From Caldisericia bacterium (GTDB lineage Bacteria; Caldisericota; Caldisericia; UBA6126), in assembly GCA_035363255.1 (NCBI GenBank), contig DAOSES010000007.1, positions 2,723 to 66,722 of the forward strand: a DNA stretch of 64,000 bases. Direction: 5' to 3'. Shown here piece after piece: positions 8,110 through 16,571 of the stretch (positions within the stretch are counted from its first letter, which is position 1; each line of letters begins with the position of its first letter). The translations under genes were made by a program, and so were the position numbers. The notes beneath the pieces were generated by a model. The model saw only the letters and a list, made by a program, of their open reading frames with translations, was not told the origin of the DNA and did not search any database.

Positions 8110-8863
8110 ACTCTTCGCCGAAAAGCTGTCCAAAACGCTGGATGGTCTGGAGATTTTACAAAATATCTCGCTGGAGGTTGAGACTGGCTCTGTGACAAGT
8201 ATCATCGGCCCCAGTGGATGCGGAAAAAGCACCTTCCTGCACCTTCTGGCAGGGTTGATCTCTCCAGATCAAGGCAGGGTGCTGATTGACGGGCAGGATT
8301 ATACGGGCAAAACAGGTCGTATGGGCTACCTTCAGCAAAAGGATTGCCTGTTCCCCTGGAAAACCCTTTTGGCAAACGTCATTTTGCCCCTACAAATAAA
8401 AAAATGGCCCTTAGTTGAAGCCAGAGCCAAAGCGATGGATTATTTGAGTAAATTCAAGTTGGAAGGTTTTGAAAACTACTACCCCTCAGAGCTGTCTGGG
8501 GGGATGCGCCAACGGGCAGCCCTTTTGCGCACCTACCTATATCAAAGCGATATCCTGCTTTTGGACGAACCCTTTGCCCAATTGGATGCCATCAGCCGAA
8601 AAAGGATGCAGGAATGGCTTCTTGCCATGAAAGAGGACTTGGATTTGACCATTGTGATGATCACGCACGATATCGACGAGGCAGTCTTTCTTTCGGATCA
8701 GGTGGTGGTTTTTTCACCTTTGCCTGCCAGAATGGTGCTCAGTTTAAAGCTTCATCCCCCATCGATGCGAAAGCTAAGCTATGTAAGCTCTCCAGAGTTT
8801 GTGGAAAACAAAAGCAAAATCATGGATGCGCTTTATCATGAAGACACAGTAAACAAGGCTTAA
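8102..8863 (+). CDS. thiZ: ABC transporter ATP-binding protein, ThiZ-like
   Basis: Walker A GPSGCGKST, signature LSGGMRQR, Walker B ILLLDEPF. I chose ATG 8102 (MTKLFAEKL), which overlaps the thiY stop, rather than the track start at 8036. Confidence 0.85.
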   Translation: MTKLFAEKLSKTLDGLEILQNISLEVETGSVTSIIGPSGCGKSTFLHLLAGLISPDQGRVLIDGQDYTGKTGRMGYLQQKDCLFPWKTLLANVILPLQIKKWPLVEARAKAMDYLSKFKLEGFENYYPSELSGGMRQRAALLRTYLYQSDILLLDEPFAQLDAISRKRMQEWLLAMKEDLDLTIVMITHDIDEAVFLSDQVVVFSPLPARMVLSLKLHPPSMRKLSYVSSPEFVENKSKIMDALYHEDTVNKA

Positions 8864-8870
8864 GCTTGAG

Positions 8871-9578
8871 TTAAAAAATCTCTTTCCAGATCATGTAAAA
8901 ACCAGCGATAAGTACTAAAATTCCACAGATGATTTTTAAGATGGTGGCTCCCTTGGATTTTTCTGTCCAGTTCAAATATGTTTGAACTGCTCCTGTAAAA
9001 GTTCCTGCTAATACAATGACTCCTACATGTCCGATAGTAAAGAAAGAAAGAATCAGGATGGCATGAACGAGATTTGAACCAGCTACTTGAAAAGCTATCC
9101 CTAGTATGGGTGCCATAAAGGCAAAGGTGCAGGACCCTAAACCTGCGCCAACAATAAAACCAAGAACAAAAGTAGCCCAGGGATTGGTAGTTTTTTTCAT
9201 TCCTTTTGCAGGAAGACCTCCACCCCAGTCGAGTTTTACCAGTCCCATTAGATAGAGTCCGAAAAAAATAAATACTGCAGCAACTACATAGTTAGTGATG
9301 GGACCTAAATCACCAGCAAGTCTTCCAAGAGATAGCGTGATAGCGCCAAGAATAATGATAGAAGCAAGAATACCAAGGGAGAGTAAGAGAGAAGAAATAA
9401 AGGCTTTTTTAGTGGTTTGATCCTTTTGCGAGCTGATATAGCCAATGACAAGGGGAATTGCTGCAAGGTGACAGGGACTGAGAATAATGCTGAGAATACC
9501 CCAGACAAAACTCCCGAAAGAAGCAACTAGCAGCGATCCAGCCAGCCACTGATTTAAGGTTGTAAATACCTGCCCCAC
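8871..9578 (-). CDS. ccdA: CcdA/DsbD-family thiol-disulfide transmembrane electron transporter
   Basis: Polytopic 235-aa protein with the two membrane-embedded Cys motifs (LSPCHLAAIPL and GLGSCTFAFMAP). Confidence 0.8.
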   Translation of the reverse strand: MGQVFTTLNQWLAGSLLVASFGSFVWGILSIILSPCHLAAIPLVIGYISSQKDQTTKKAFISSLLLSLGILASIIILGAITLSLGRLAGDLGPITNYVVAAVFIFFGLYLMGLVKLDWGGGLPAKGMKKTTNPWATFVLGFIVGAGLGSCTFAFMAPILGIAFQVAGSNLVHAILILSFFTIGHVGVIVLAGTFTGAVQTYLNWTEKSKGATILKIICGILVLIAGFYMIWKEIF

Positions 9579-9579
9579 G

Positions 9580-9987
9580 CTAAAACTCCAGGCCGTGATC
9601 GGTAAAGGTCTTTAAAATATCTTCCTTGGAGAAAAAGCCAATATGGCGGAAAAACTCCTTGCCTTCTTCGTCGAAGAAAATTTGGGTGGGAATCACATTT
9701 ATACCATATTCTCTTGATTTATCTTGATTCTTTGTCACATCGATAAACTCAATCAAGAGTCGATCTTTGTATTCAATTTGGAGTTCTTCCAGAATAGGTT
9801 CCATTTCTTTGCATGGGATGCACATAGTGGATCCAAGGTCGATCATGCGGGGAATACCCAGAGCCTCTTCCTGGATGGGCTGGGAGTTTTTGTTTAAACT
9901 ACAGGCACTGAGATGAAACATCAGCCCCATCATCACTGATAAAACTACAAAAGATAAGACTCGCTGAATACAAGTTTTGTTTTTCAT
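9580..9987 (-). CDS. thioredoxin-fold lipoprotein, TlpA/ResA-like
   Basis: Lipobox HLSAC. CxxC active site CIPC in a thioredoxin-like context (DLGSTMCIPCKEMEPILEEL). 1-nt gap to ccdA. Confidence 0.75.
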   Translation of the reverse strand: MKNKTCIQRVLSFVVLSVMMGLMFHLSACSLNKNSQPIQEEALGIPRMIDLGSTMCIPCKEMEPILEELQIEYKDRLLIEFIDVTKNQDKSREYGINVIPTQIFFDEEGKEFFRHIGFFSKEDILKTFTDHGLEF

Positions 9988-9999
9988 TTTTTCACCTGT

Positions 10000-10242
10000 T
10001 TATTCTTCCACTTTGGATAACAAATCTTTGATCTGCTGAGTAGTCAACACTTTCCCAGCGGATAAGACCTTACCGTTGACTGCAAAGCCGGGGGTGGACA
10101 TGATGCCAAAGGATACAATTTCTTGTATTTCTGTGACTTTTTCGATCTCCACTTTAAGTCCAAGCTCTTGAACTACTGCTTCTACGTTGGCAAGAAGCGT
10201 TTTGCATTTGGGGCATCCCACCCCCAGGATTTGAATCTTCAT
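10000..10242 (-). CDS. small thioredoxin-family protein, redox-active disulfide protein 2 type
   Basis: MKIQILGVGCPKCKTL...STPGFAVNGKV pattern. I chose the internal ATG (MKIQILG) rather than the track start at 10275. Confidence 0.8.
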   Translation of the reverse strand: MKIQILGVGCPKCKTLLANVEAVVQELGLKVEIEKVTEIQEIVSFGIMSTPGFAVNGKVLSAGKVLTTQQIKDLLSKVEE

Positions 10243-10258
10243 CACAACCTCCATAAAT

Positions 10259-11398
10259 TTAGGGCAAAGCTCCATATATTAAACCTGCCAGCATGGAAAA
10301 AGTTACCACCAATGTCACATAGGTCAAGGTTTTTTTGAAGCCAAGTACTCGATTGATTACCAACATGGCTGGAAAGCTCAGGGATGGACCAGAAAGCAAT
10401 AGTGCTAATGCAGGACCTTTATGCATTCCTTTGGCTATAAGCCCTTGCATGATAGGAATCTCGGTCATGGTGGAAAAATACATAAAAGCACCAAAAATGG
10501 AGGCAATAAAGTTTCCGAGAAGGGAATTGCTACCTACCAGGCCCTGGATGAGGGTTTCAGGCAAAAAGGGCATCACAAAACCTGCCAGCATGACTCCTAT
10601 CAATAGGGTTGGAAACAGAATCTTGGTAAAAGTCCAGGTTTCATTTAACCATTCCTTGGCGAGGCTTCGTTTAAACTTGAATATAGCAAGCAAGGTAACT
10701 GCAAGAGCCATGCCCATCATCACAGCATACTTATAGACAACATAGCCTGGATCGACTTTAAAACCATTGATGACGAGAATGCCTACTAAAAAAATAAAAA
10801 AGAAACTCAGGGTGCTTTTAGAGGTATCGTGATCTTCGCTGTCTCCCACAAACAATCCCCCACCCTCTACTTTTTCAGGATGAATCCAGTGCATGGTCAA
10901 GCCAATCAGGATGGATATCAACACTGCGAAGAGGATTCTTGCCAGACCAATGGAGTATCCGAGGACCGATATGGTCAAAAACATGGCAGCGATATTGATG
11001 GCAGGACCAGAAAAGAGGAAGGTGCTTGCAGGACCAAGGCCGGCTCCACGTTTACGTATTCCTGCAAATAAGGGTAAAATCGTGCAGGAGCATACCGCCA
11101 GAATGGCTCCGGAAACTGCAGCTATGGAATAAGCTATCCATTTTTTACTTTTAGGACCCAGGTAAGACAAAATGACATCTTTTTTTATAAAAACTCCAAT
11201 AGCACCCGCAATGAAAAAAGCTGGAACCAAACAAGTAAGAACATGAGCCCTGGCATAATCGTTGAGCCAATAGAGGGAGGAAAAGATTGCATCCTTAAAA
11301 AGCTGAGACCCCAGGGGCATGAAAAATGCAAATAGAAAGAATCCTAATAGCCATAAAAAGGTCTTTTGTTCTTTATTCATCATATCACCTGCACTCAT
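10259..11398 (-). CDS. DUF318/YraQ-type permease
   Basis: Polytopic 379-aa protein with the CSCTILPLFAGIRKRGAGLG motif typical of this family. Adjacent to the small CPxC thioredoxin, a pairing usual for the family. The start codon is uncertain (three ATGs within 18 nt). Confidence 0.75.
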   Translation of the reverse strand: MSAGDMMNKEQKTFLWLLGFFLFAFFMPLGSQLFKDAIFSSLYWLNDYARAHVLTCLVPAFFIAGAIGVFIKKDVILSYLGPKSKKWIAYSIAAVSGAILAVCSCTILPLFAGIRKRGAGLGPASTFLFSGPAINIAAMFLTISVLGYSIGLARILFAVLISILIGLTMHWIHPEKVEGGGLFVGDSEDHDTSKSTLSFFFIFLVGILVINGFKVDPGYVVYKYAVMMGMALAVTLLAIFKFKRSLAKEWLNETWTFTKILFPTLLIGVMLAGFVMPFLPETLIQGLVGSNSLLGNFIASIFGAFMYFSTMTEIPIMQGLIAKGMHKGPALALLLSGPSLSFPAMLVINRVLGFKKTLTYVTLVVTFSMLAGLIYGALP

Positions 11399-11440
11399 AA
11401 AATATATAACAAAATTATTATATAAGGTTTTCGTTATATA

Positions 11441-11944
11441 TCAAGAATTCAAGCCTATTAATTGTAGTCGTTCCTTAATGATTTGCGCCAGAGCTTGTCT
11501 GAGCTGTATGCTATCTTTGGTGATCAGCCAAAGATCGTGATGTTGCTCTATCTTGTCCAGCTCCATTCCCAGGGTATGTGTGACAAAATCTTCCTCCATG
11601 ACTCCATATTGCAAGAGCAGGGGTTTGTTTTCAAGATATTCGCTATTGACTGCACGATAGGTGATCATTCCACGTTCAAGCTCAAGAGAATACTCCTTGT
11701 TGAGGATATCCAACACTGCTTCGCCTATCAGGAAGCATTCCTCGCATTCCTCGGTATGATGAAAACGCACCAAATCCAAACGGGTGGAAGGTAAGTCGAG
11801 TTCTTGATAATTGGGAGGATAATAGCGAATGGTTTGTATTTCTTTGCGTTCGTTTTTCTTGCTTTCTATGCTACACGCATTAAGTGAGATTGAAATAAGC
11901 AGGATGCATGTCATAAGCATGGAAAGAGAAGCCTTGTAAGCCAT
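11441..11944 (-). CDS. hypothetical lipoprotein with a CxxC motif
   Basis: Lipobox SLNAC; CEEC in HHTEECEECFLIGEAV. ATG 11944 lies 1 nt after the stop of the upstream thioredoxin gene. No family recognised. Confidence 0.5.
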   Translation of the reverse strand: MAYKASLSMLMTCILLISISLNACSIESKKNERKEIQTIRYYPPNYQELDLPSTRLDLVRFHHTEECEECFLIGEAVLDILNKEYSLELERGMITYRAVNSEYLENKPLLLQYGVMEEDFVTHTLGMELDKIEQHHDLWLITKDSIQLRQALAQIIKERLQLIGLNS

Positions 11945-11945
11945 T

Positions 11946-12422
11946 TTACGGCTCCAATCCAAGTTTGGCAAAAAACTCTCGTATCTCAGTTTTATACCAG
12001 ACTCCTTCTTTTCGATATAGTTCTCTACCCAAACCGTCCATCACAAGAATGGTTGGAACTGCGCTTATATTATACTGGCTTTCAAGCTGAGGGAACTCTG
12101 CTAAATCAACAATTTCAAAACTCACGCTATCCCTAAATTCTTTTTTCATTTCAAGCATTATTTCATTCATTTGTGCACATGAAACACAATCATCTCGACC
12201 AATATCCAATACACGAATTTTGCCCAGCTTCTCGACGTCCCACTTCCAGGAAGGTTCCTCGACAGGCTCCTGCTTCACTTTTGTTTCTGTTTTTTGAGCG
12301 CTCTTGTTGACCACTGCTCCAGACTTGCTTAGCACGTTAATGGCTATGCTAATGCCAGCAACAATCACGAGCAGAAAAAGGATGGGACCGATAACACTCA
12401 GATCAATTCTCTTTTTTGACAT
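11946..12422 (-). CDS. membrane-anchored thioredoxin-like protein
   Basis: N-terminal TM helix (VIGPILFLLVIVAGISIAI). CxxC CVSC in the thioredoxin-like context VLDIGRDDCVSCAQMNEIM...AVPTILV. Confidence 0.7.
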   Translation of the reverse strand: MSKKRIDLSVIGPILFLLVIVAGISIAINVLSKSGAVVNKSAQKTETKVKQEPVEEPSWKWDVEKLGKIRVLDIGRDDCVSCAQMNEIMLEMKKEFRDSVSFEIVDLAEFPQLESQYNISAVPTILVMDGLGRELYRKEGVWYKTEIREFFAKLGLEP

Positions 12423-14793
12423 GGCTTGGATTCCTTTCACCCTGAAATGAATTATGCTTTCTTTGCCCCAAGATTCTCATCGAATTTAGGACTGCCAGGA
12501 GGGTAACTCCAACATCAGCGAAAACTGCCTCCCACATGCTGGCAAAACCAAAAGCTCCTAAGAGCAAAACTGAGATCTTCACTGAAAGGGCAAAAACAAT
12601 ATTTTGTACGATAATCTGTCGGGTTTTTCGAGCAATTTGAAAAGCTCGAGGAAGCTTGCGTAAATCTTGATGCATCAGCACAATATCTGAAGCCTCAATG
12701 GCAGCATCAGAGCCCCAGGCACCCATAGCTACGCCGATATCAGCCTGGGCAAGCACTGGAGCATCGTTGATGCCATCACCCACAAACATCAGTTTTTCTT
12801 TTTTACTCATTTTTGATCGCAAAGAAGCCATGATGGTAGCCTTGTCTTGAGGCATGAGTTCGGCATGTATCATATCTAAATTTAGGCTTTGAGCTATTTT
12901 GTTGGCAACACTTTTCCTATCACCACTAAGTAAGCCTAAATGTTTGATCTTCCAGGTTCTTAGCCAAGCCATGACTCCATGTGTTTCAGGCTTAAGCTCA
13001 TCTTCCAAAGCAATAAAGCCTGCCAAATGGCCATTAAAAGCAACATAGGCACCGCTGGTGCCTTCCTGTAAGGTGTCGTCAATTTCAATATGATGCTCTT
13101 TCAATAGTTTTATATTCCCCACAAGTATCTCTTCATTTTGATTAAGCTTTAGGATAATTCCTCTGCCTGCTATTTCCTGGTATTCCAAGGGAAGTATCTC
13201 GGGTAGATCATTTTGATATGCTTGCAATATCGGATAGGCGAAGGGATGCAGAGAATATTTTTCAGCCAAAGCAGCGTAATAAAGCACCTCAGAGGCTTGG
13301 AACCTAGCAGTGGGTAAAATCTTGCTTACCTTGAACTGCCCATGAGTAAGGGTTCCTGTTTTATCAAACAAAATGGTTGAAACTGAGTTTAATGCTTCCA
13401 GGTAGTTTCCTCCTTTGATGAGAATCCCTTCGCGTGAGGCAGCACCCAGCCCACTAAAAAAACTAAGAGGAATGGATATGACCAAAGCACAGGGGCAAGA
13501 AACTACCAAAAACACAAAGGACCTATAAAGCCATATGTTCCAGGGAATAGAAGGAAAAACCCATGGACAGACGAGAGCCAAAAAGAGCGCAGCAAGCACC
13601 ACCAGAGGGGTGTAAACTCTGGCAAGTCGGGTAATGAGTTGCTCGCTTTGGGCTTTTTTTTCAGAAGCCGATTCAACAAGTTGCATGATACGTTGCATGG
13701 TGGATTCTTGAAAGACTTTGCTGGCTTGCACATGAATAAGACCTCTCAAATTGATGGACCCGGACAGTACCTGCTGACCTTTGACTGCGATGGAGGGCTC
13801 TGATTCTCCAGTTAGGGCTGATAAATCGAGATGTGAGGAGCCTTCTACTATGATACCATCGATAGCCACTCTATCGCCAGCTTTTAGGACAAAAACATCA
13901 CCAATCTTTACTTTTTCTGCATCCAAAGAGATCAGCTTACCCTCTTGAAGCACATTTACTTTATCGGGTCGAAGCTTTACCAAGGATTGAATGGACTGAC
14001 GAGACTGGTGAACTGCAAACTGCTGAAATTGATCGCCCAACCAGAAAAAAAGCATCACCGCAACTGCTTCAGGGTATTCTTTTATAGCAAAAGCACCTAA
14101 AGTTGCGATACTCATCAAAAAGTATTCATCAAAGATGTCCCCACGTCTGATATTCTTAATAGATCTTAGCAGTACCTGCCAGCCAAAAATGAGATAAGCA
14201 ATGAAATAAAAACCTGCAGAGAGAGGAATAGATTTTACAAACAAAGCTAAAACAAAAAAGCTTAAACCCAGTGATAATCGAAGTACTTTGGTGATGGTGA
14301 TAAAAGTCCAGGGGGACTCAAGGCCTGTGAAGGATCTTTGGACTTTAACTTCGGGCTCCAGGTCATGGACGATCGTTTCAATTTTCTTGAGTAGTAGCTC
14401 AGAGTTTTTTTTCTCTGAAATTGTAATGGAAAGTTTTTTGCTTGCGATGTTTAATTGTGCGGAGGCTACCCCCGGAATCTTAGCTACCTGTTTTTCAATT
14501 TTGGCGGCACAGACTGCACAGTGCAGACCCTCTAATTGGAGAGAAAAAGCATGGCCAGGGGATTCTTTTTTTTGTTCAATCCTGCACTGACATGGATTTT
14601 GGCCTATCCAACTCCGTACTTCCTTTAGTGTTTCCTGAGCTAATCTTGATGAATCGATTTGAAGGGATAACACCTGGTTTTCTTTGTCAAAGTTTAGCCC
14701 ATGAACACCTGGGATTAGGCTCAAAGCATGGATTGTTTTTTTGATACAAGCCTGGCATTTAAGATCTGATAAATCAAGAACTGTTTTGATCAC
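12403..14793 (-). CDS. heavy-metal P1B-type ATPase, Zn/Cd/Pb (CadA/ZntA) subtype
   Basis: Two N-terminal HMA motifs (CQAC, CAVC), TGES, the membrane CPC motif, DKTGTLT and GDGINDAP. The last TM segment carries ADVG rather than the Cu-type MSS motif. Confidence 0.9.
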   Translation of the reverse strand: MIKTVLDLSDLKCQACIKKTIHALSLIPGVHGLNFDKENQVLSLQIDSSRLAQETLKEVRSWIGQNPCQCRIEQKKESPGHAFSLQLEGLHCAVCAAKIEKQVAKIPGVASAQLNIASKKLSITISEKKNSELLLKKIETIVHDLEPEVKVQRSFTGLESPWTFITITKVLRLSLGLSFFVLALFVKSIPLSAGFYFIAYLIFGWQVLLRSIKNIRRGDIFDEYFLMSIATLGAFAIKEYPEAVAVMLFFWLGDQFQQFAVHQSRQSIQSLVKLRPDKVNVLQEGKLISLDAEKVKIGDVFVLKAGDRVAIDGIIVEGSSHLDLSALTGESEPSIAVKGQQVLSGSINLRGLIHVQASKVFQESTMQRIMQLVESASEKKAQSEQLITRLARVYTPLVVLAALFLALVCPWVFPSIPWNIWLYRSFVFLVVSCPCALVISIPLSFFSGLGAASREGILIKGGNYLEALNSVSTILFDKTGTLTHGQFKVSKILPTARFQASEVLYYAALAEKYSLHPFAYPILQAYQNDLPEILPLEYQEIAGRGIILKLNQNEEILVGNIKLLKEHHIEIDDTLQEGTSGAYVAFNGHLAGFIALEDELKPETHGVMAWLRTWKIKHLGLLSGDRKSVANKIAQSLNLDMIHAELMPQDKATIMASLRSKMSKKEKLMFVGDGINDAPVLAQADIGVAMGAWGSDAAIEASDIVLMHQDLRKLPRAFQIARKTRQIIVQNIVFALSVKISVLLLGAFGFASMWEAVFADVGVTLLAVLNSMRILGQRKHNSFQGERNPSHVKKEN

Positions 14794-14794
14794 C

Positions 14795-16210
14795 TTATAT
14801 TACCTTGCTCATCCAATTTTTTTTCTTGAACACCAGAGCAATAAGGTATAAATTGACTAATGAAGTGATAACAAAGGAAATCCAAAGCCCATTTTGTCCA
14901 AAATATTTTCCTAGTAAATACATGCCAGGTAGCTGGAAAATCCAAGTAGTGATCAGAGATACATACAGGCTGACCTTGAGATAGCCTGTCCCAAGAAGAG
15001 GAGCGCCAAATATCCCAGCAAGTGCGCCTGTAATTTGAAGGAAAGCAAATAAGGGTAAGAGAGAGCTAAATTGCTTGAGTAAATTTGGATCAGAGGTAAA
15101 AATCTTCAATACTGGAGCAGGAAAAAGCGAAAAGATGATAAAAAACGCACTAGTAATGACTGCAGCAATCCATGCAGCAGTGATGGTAGCTTGATAGGAT
15201 CGATCCGGGCGATTGGCTCCCATGTTTTGCCCCACAATGGCTGAGGTAGCAAATGAAAGCCCTGAAATCAACATTCCAGAAAGACTGGCAGCTCGAGTAA
15301 CAACAATGTATCCTGCAACTACTTGCATGCCATACATAGCAATAATACGCACCATGATCGAATTTGCCAAACCTCCCACCAAACCCTGAAAACCTGTGGG
15401 AAGACCAATGGAAAAGATTTTTTTCATGGTCGGAAAGTGAGGAATAAACAATTGATATAGAGAAAACTGGATCGTCTTTTTTCCACTGGTATATACCCAG
15501 AGACCTGCAAAAAGAAGGTAGATTTGTGCTAAGGCGGTTGAGTAGGCTACTCCAAGGATTCCAAGCTTGGGAAATGGCCCAACACCAAGGATGAATAACA
15601 CATTGAAAGCCAGATTGATCAACAAGGTGCTAAGCATCAAATACATGGGAGTCAAGGAGTCGCCGGAAGCTCGTAGGGCAGTATTAAATGTAAAACCAGT
15701 ATTGTGGAGAGGGAAAACTAATAGCAGGATACGACCATACTGAACCGCCATTTCCAATGCCTCCCCCTGAGCTCCAAACAAAACCATTAAAGGGCGAAGA
15801 AAGATGATAAAAGGAAGGGCAAGGAGCAATGAACCAAATAGTTTCATGATGATGGTCTGAACGGTTGCGACACCTGCTTCCTTGATTTTACCAGCTCCAT
15901 AATATTGAGCAATAACACATACTGAACCATTGCCAACAATCGAATTGTAGGCGGATAAATAGCCAGTCAAGACCCCATAAAACCCCAGGGCTGCCTGCGC
16001 ATTGGGGTTGTTGATTTTGCCAAGAAAATACACATCACTCACACTACTCATGGACTGAAAAACCATCGCAATCATGGCTGGCCATGCGAGTGTAAGTAAG
16101 GACCAGGTCAGGTTTTTTTCTGATATGCTGTTTTTGGGTTTATCCGGGGGTAAATTCAAATTCGCAGTATTTGCATTTGAGAATAACGGGCTCTTTTGAT
16201 TGAACGTCAT
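14795..16210 (-). CDS. MATE-family efflux transporter
   Basis: 12-TM type protein with a MATE-like N-terminus (LLTLAWPAMIAMVFQSMSSVSDVYFLGK). The start is uncertain: the track start at 16264 and ATG 16210 both overlap the pyrI 3' end. Confidence 0.8.
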   Translation of the reverse strand: MTFNQKSPLFSNANTANLNLPPDKPKNSISEKNLTWSLLTLAWPAMIAMVFQSMSSVSDVYFLGKINNPNAQAALGFYGVLTGYLSAYNSIVGNGSVCVIAQYYGAGKIKEAGVATVQTIIMKLFGSLLLALPFIIFLRPLMVLFGAQGEALEMAVQYGRILLLVFPLHNTGFTFNTALRASGDSLTPMYLMLSTLLINLAFNVLFILGVGPFPKLGILGVAYSTALAQIYLLFAGLWVYTSGKKTIQFSLYQLFIPHFPTMKKIFSIGLPTGFQGLVGGLANSIMVRIIAMYGMQVVAGYIVVTRAASLSGMLISGLSFATSAIVGQNMGANRPDRSYQATITAAWIAAVITSAFFIIFSLFPAPVLKIFTSDPNLLKQFSSLLPLFAFLQITGALAGIFGAPLLGTGYLKVSLYVSLITTWIFQLPGMYLLGKYFGQNGLWISFVITSLVNLYLIALVFKKKNWMSKVI

Positions 16211-16568
16211 ATTCGGGGGTGTATCCTTCCGTGTTGCTAATGCATCTGGAGTTGACGCAGGCAATAGTTCCTTTGATTTCGAAGGGAATTTCTGGATTGA
16301 TTTTTTTGACTACCTGGGAATCTTTGATGATGTTGATGGTGATATGGGGAGCTAATAGGGACAAGTAGGTTGAGGTAGCTTCATCAAGGTAAAAATCCTG
16401 GATTTTAATCATGTCTTTCTTTTGTTGTTGGCTGGAAGGAACATTAATAAAGACTATCAAGGTTTCGTTTCCTTGAAGGTGCTTTTTTAAAATCTCCAGG
16501 CAATGAAGACCCATGCCTTCGGGTAAATGATCAATCACAGTTCCATTGACTAACATTTGAGTTTTCAT
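16140..16568 (-). CDS. pyrI: aspartate carbamoyltransferase regulatory subunit
   Basis: 142 aa, NGTVIDHLP N-terminal domain, C-terminal Zn motif CVNSRC...CKYCE, immediately downstream of pyrB. Confidence 0.9.
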   Translation of the reverse strand: MKTQMLVNGTVIDHLPEGMGLHCLEILKKHLQGNETLIVFINVPSSQQQKKDMIKIQDFYLDEATSTYLSLLAPHITINIIKDSQVVKKINPEIPFEIKGTIACVNSRCISNTEGYTPEYDVQSKEPVILKCKYCEFEFTPG

Positions 16569-16571
16569 AAG

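Noticed and set aside
8861-8873. GCTTAAGC palindrome between convergent thiZ and ccdA, considered as a terminator.
   Set aside because: It is only an 8-nt palindrome with no loop and no U-run. The genes are separated by 7 nt and probably lack a dedicated terminator.
10335-11132. Plus-strand ORFs (10335-10736, 10829-11071, 10893-11132) antisense to the DUF318 permease.
   Set aside because: They are antisense to a well-supported membrane protein gene. The translations are Lys/Arg/Pro-rich with no motifs.
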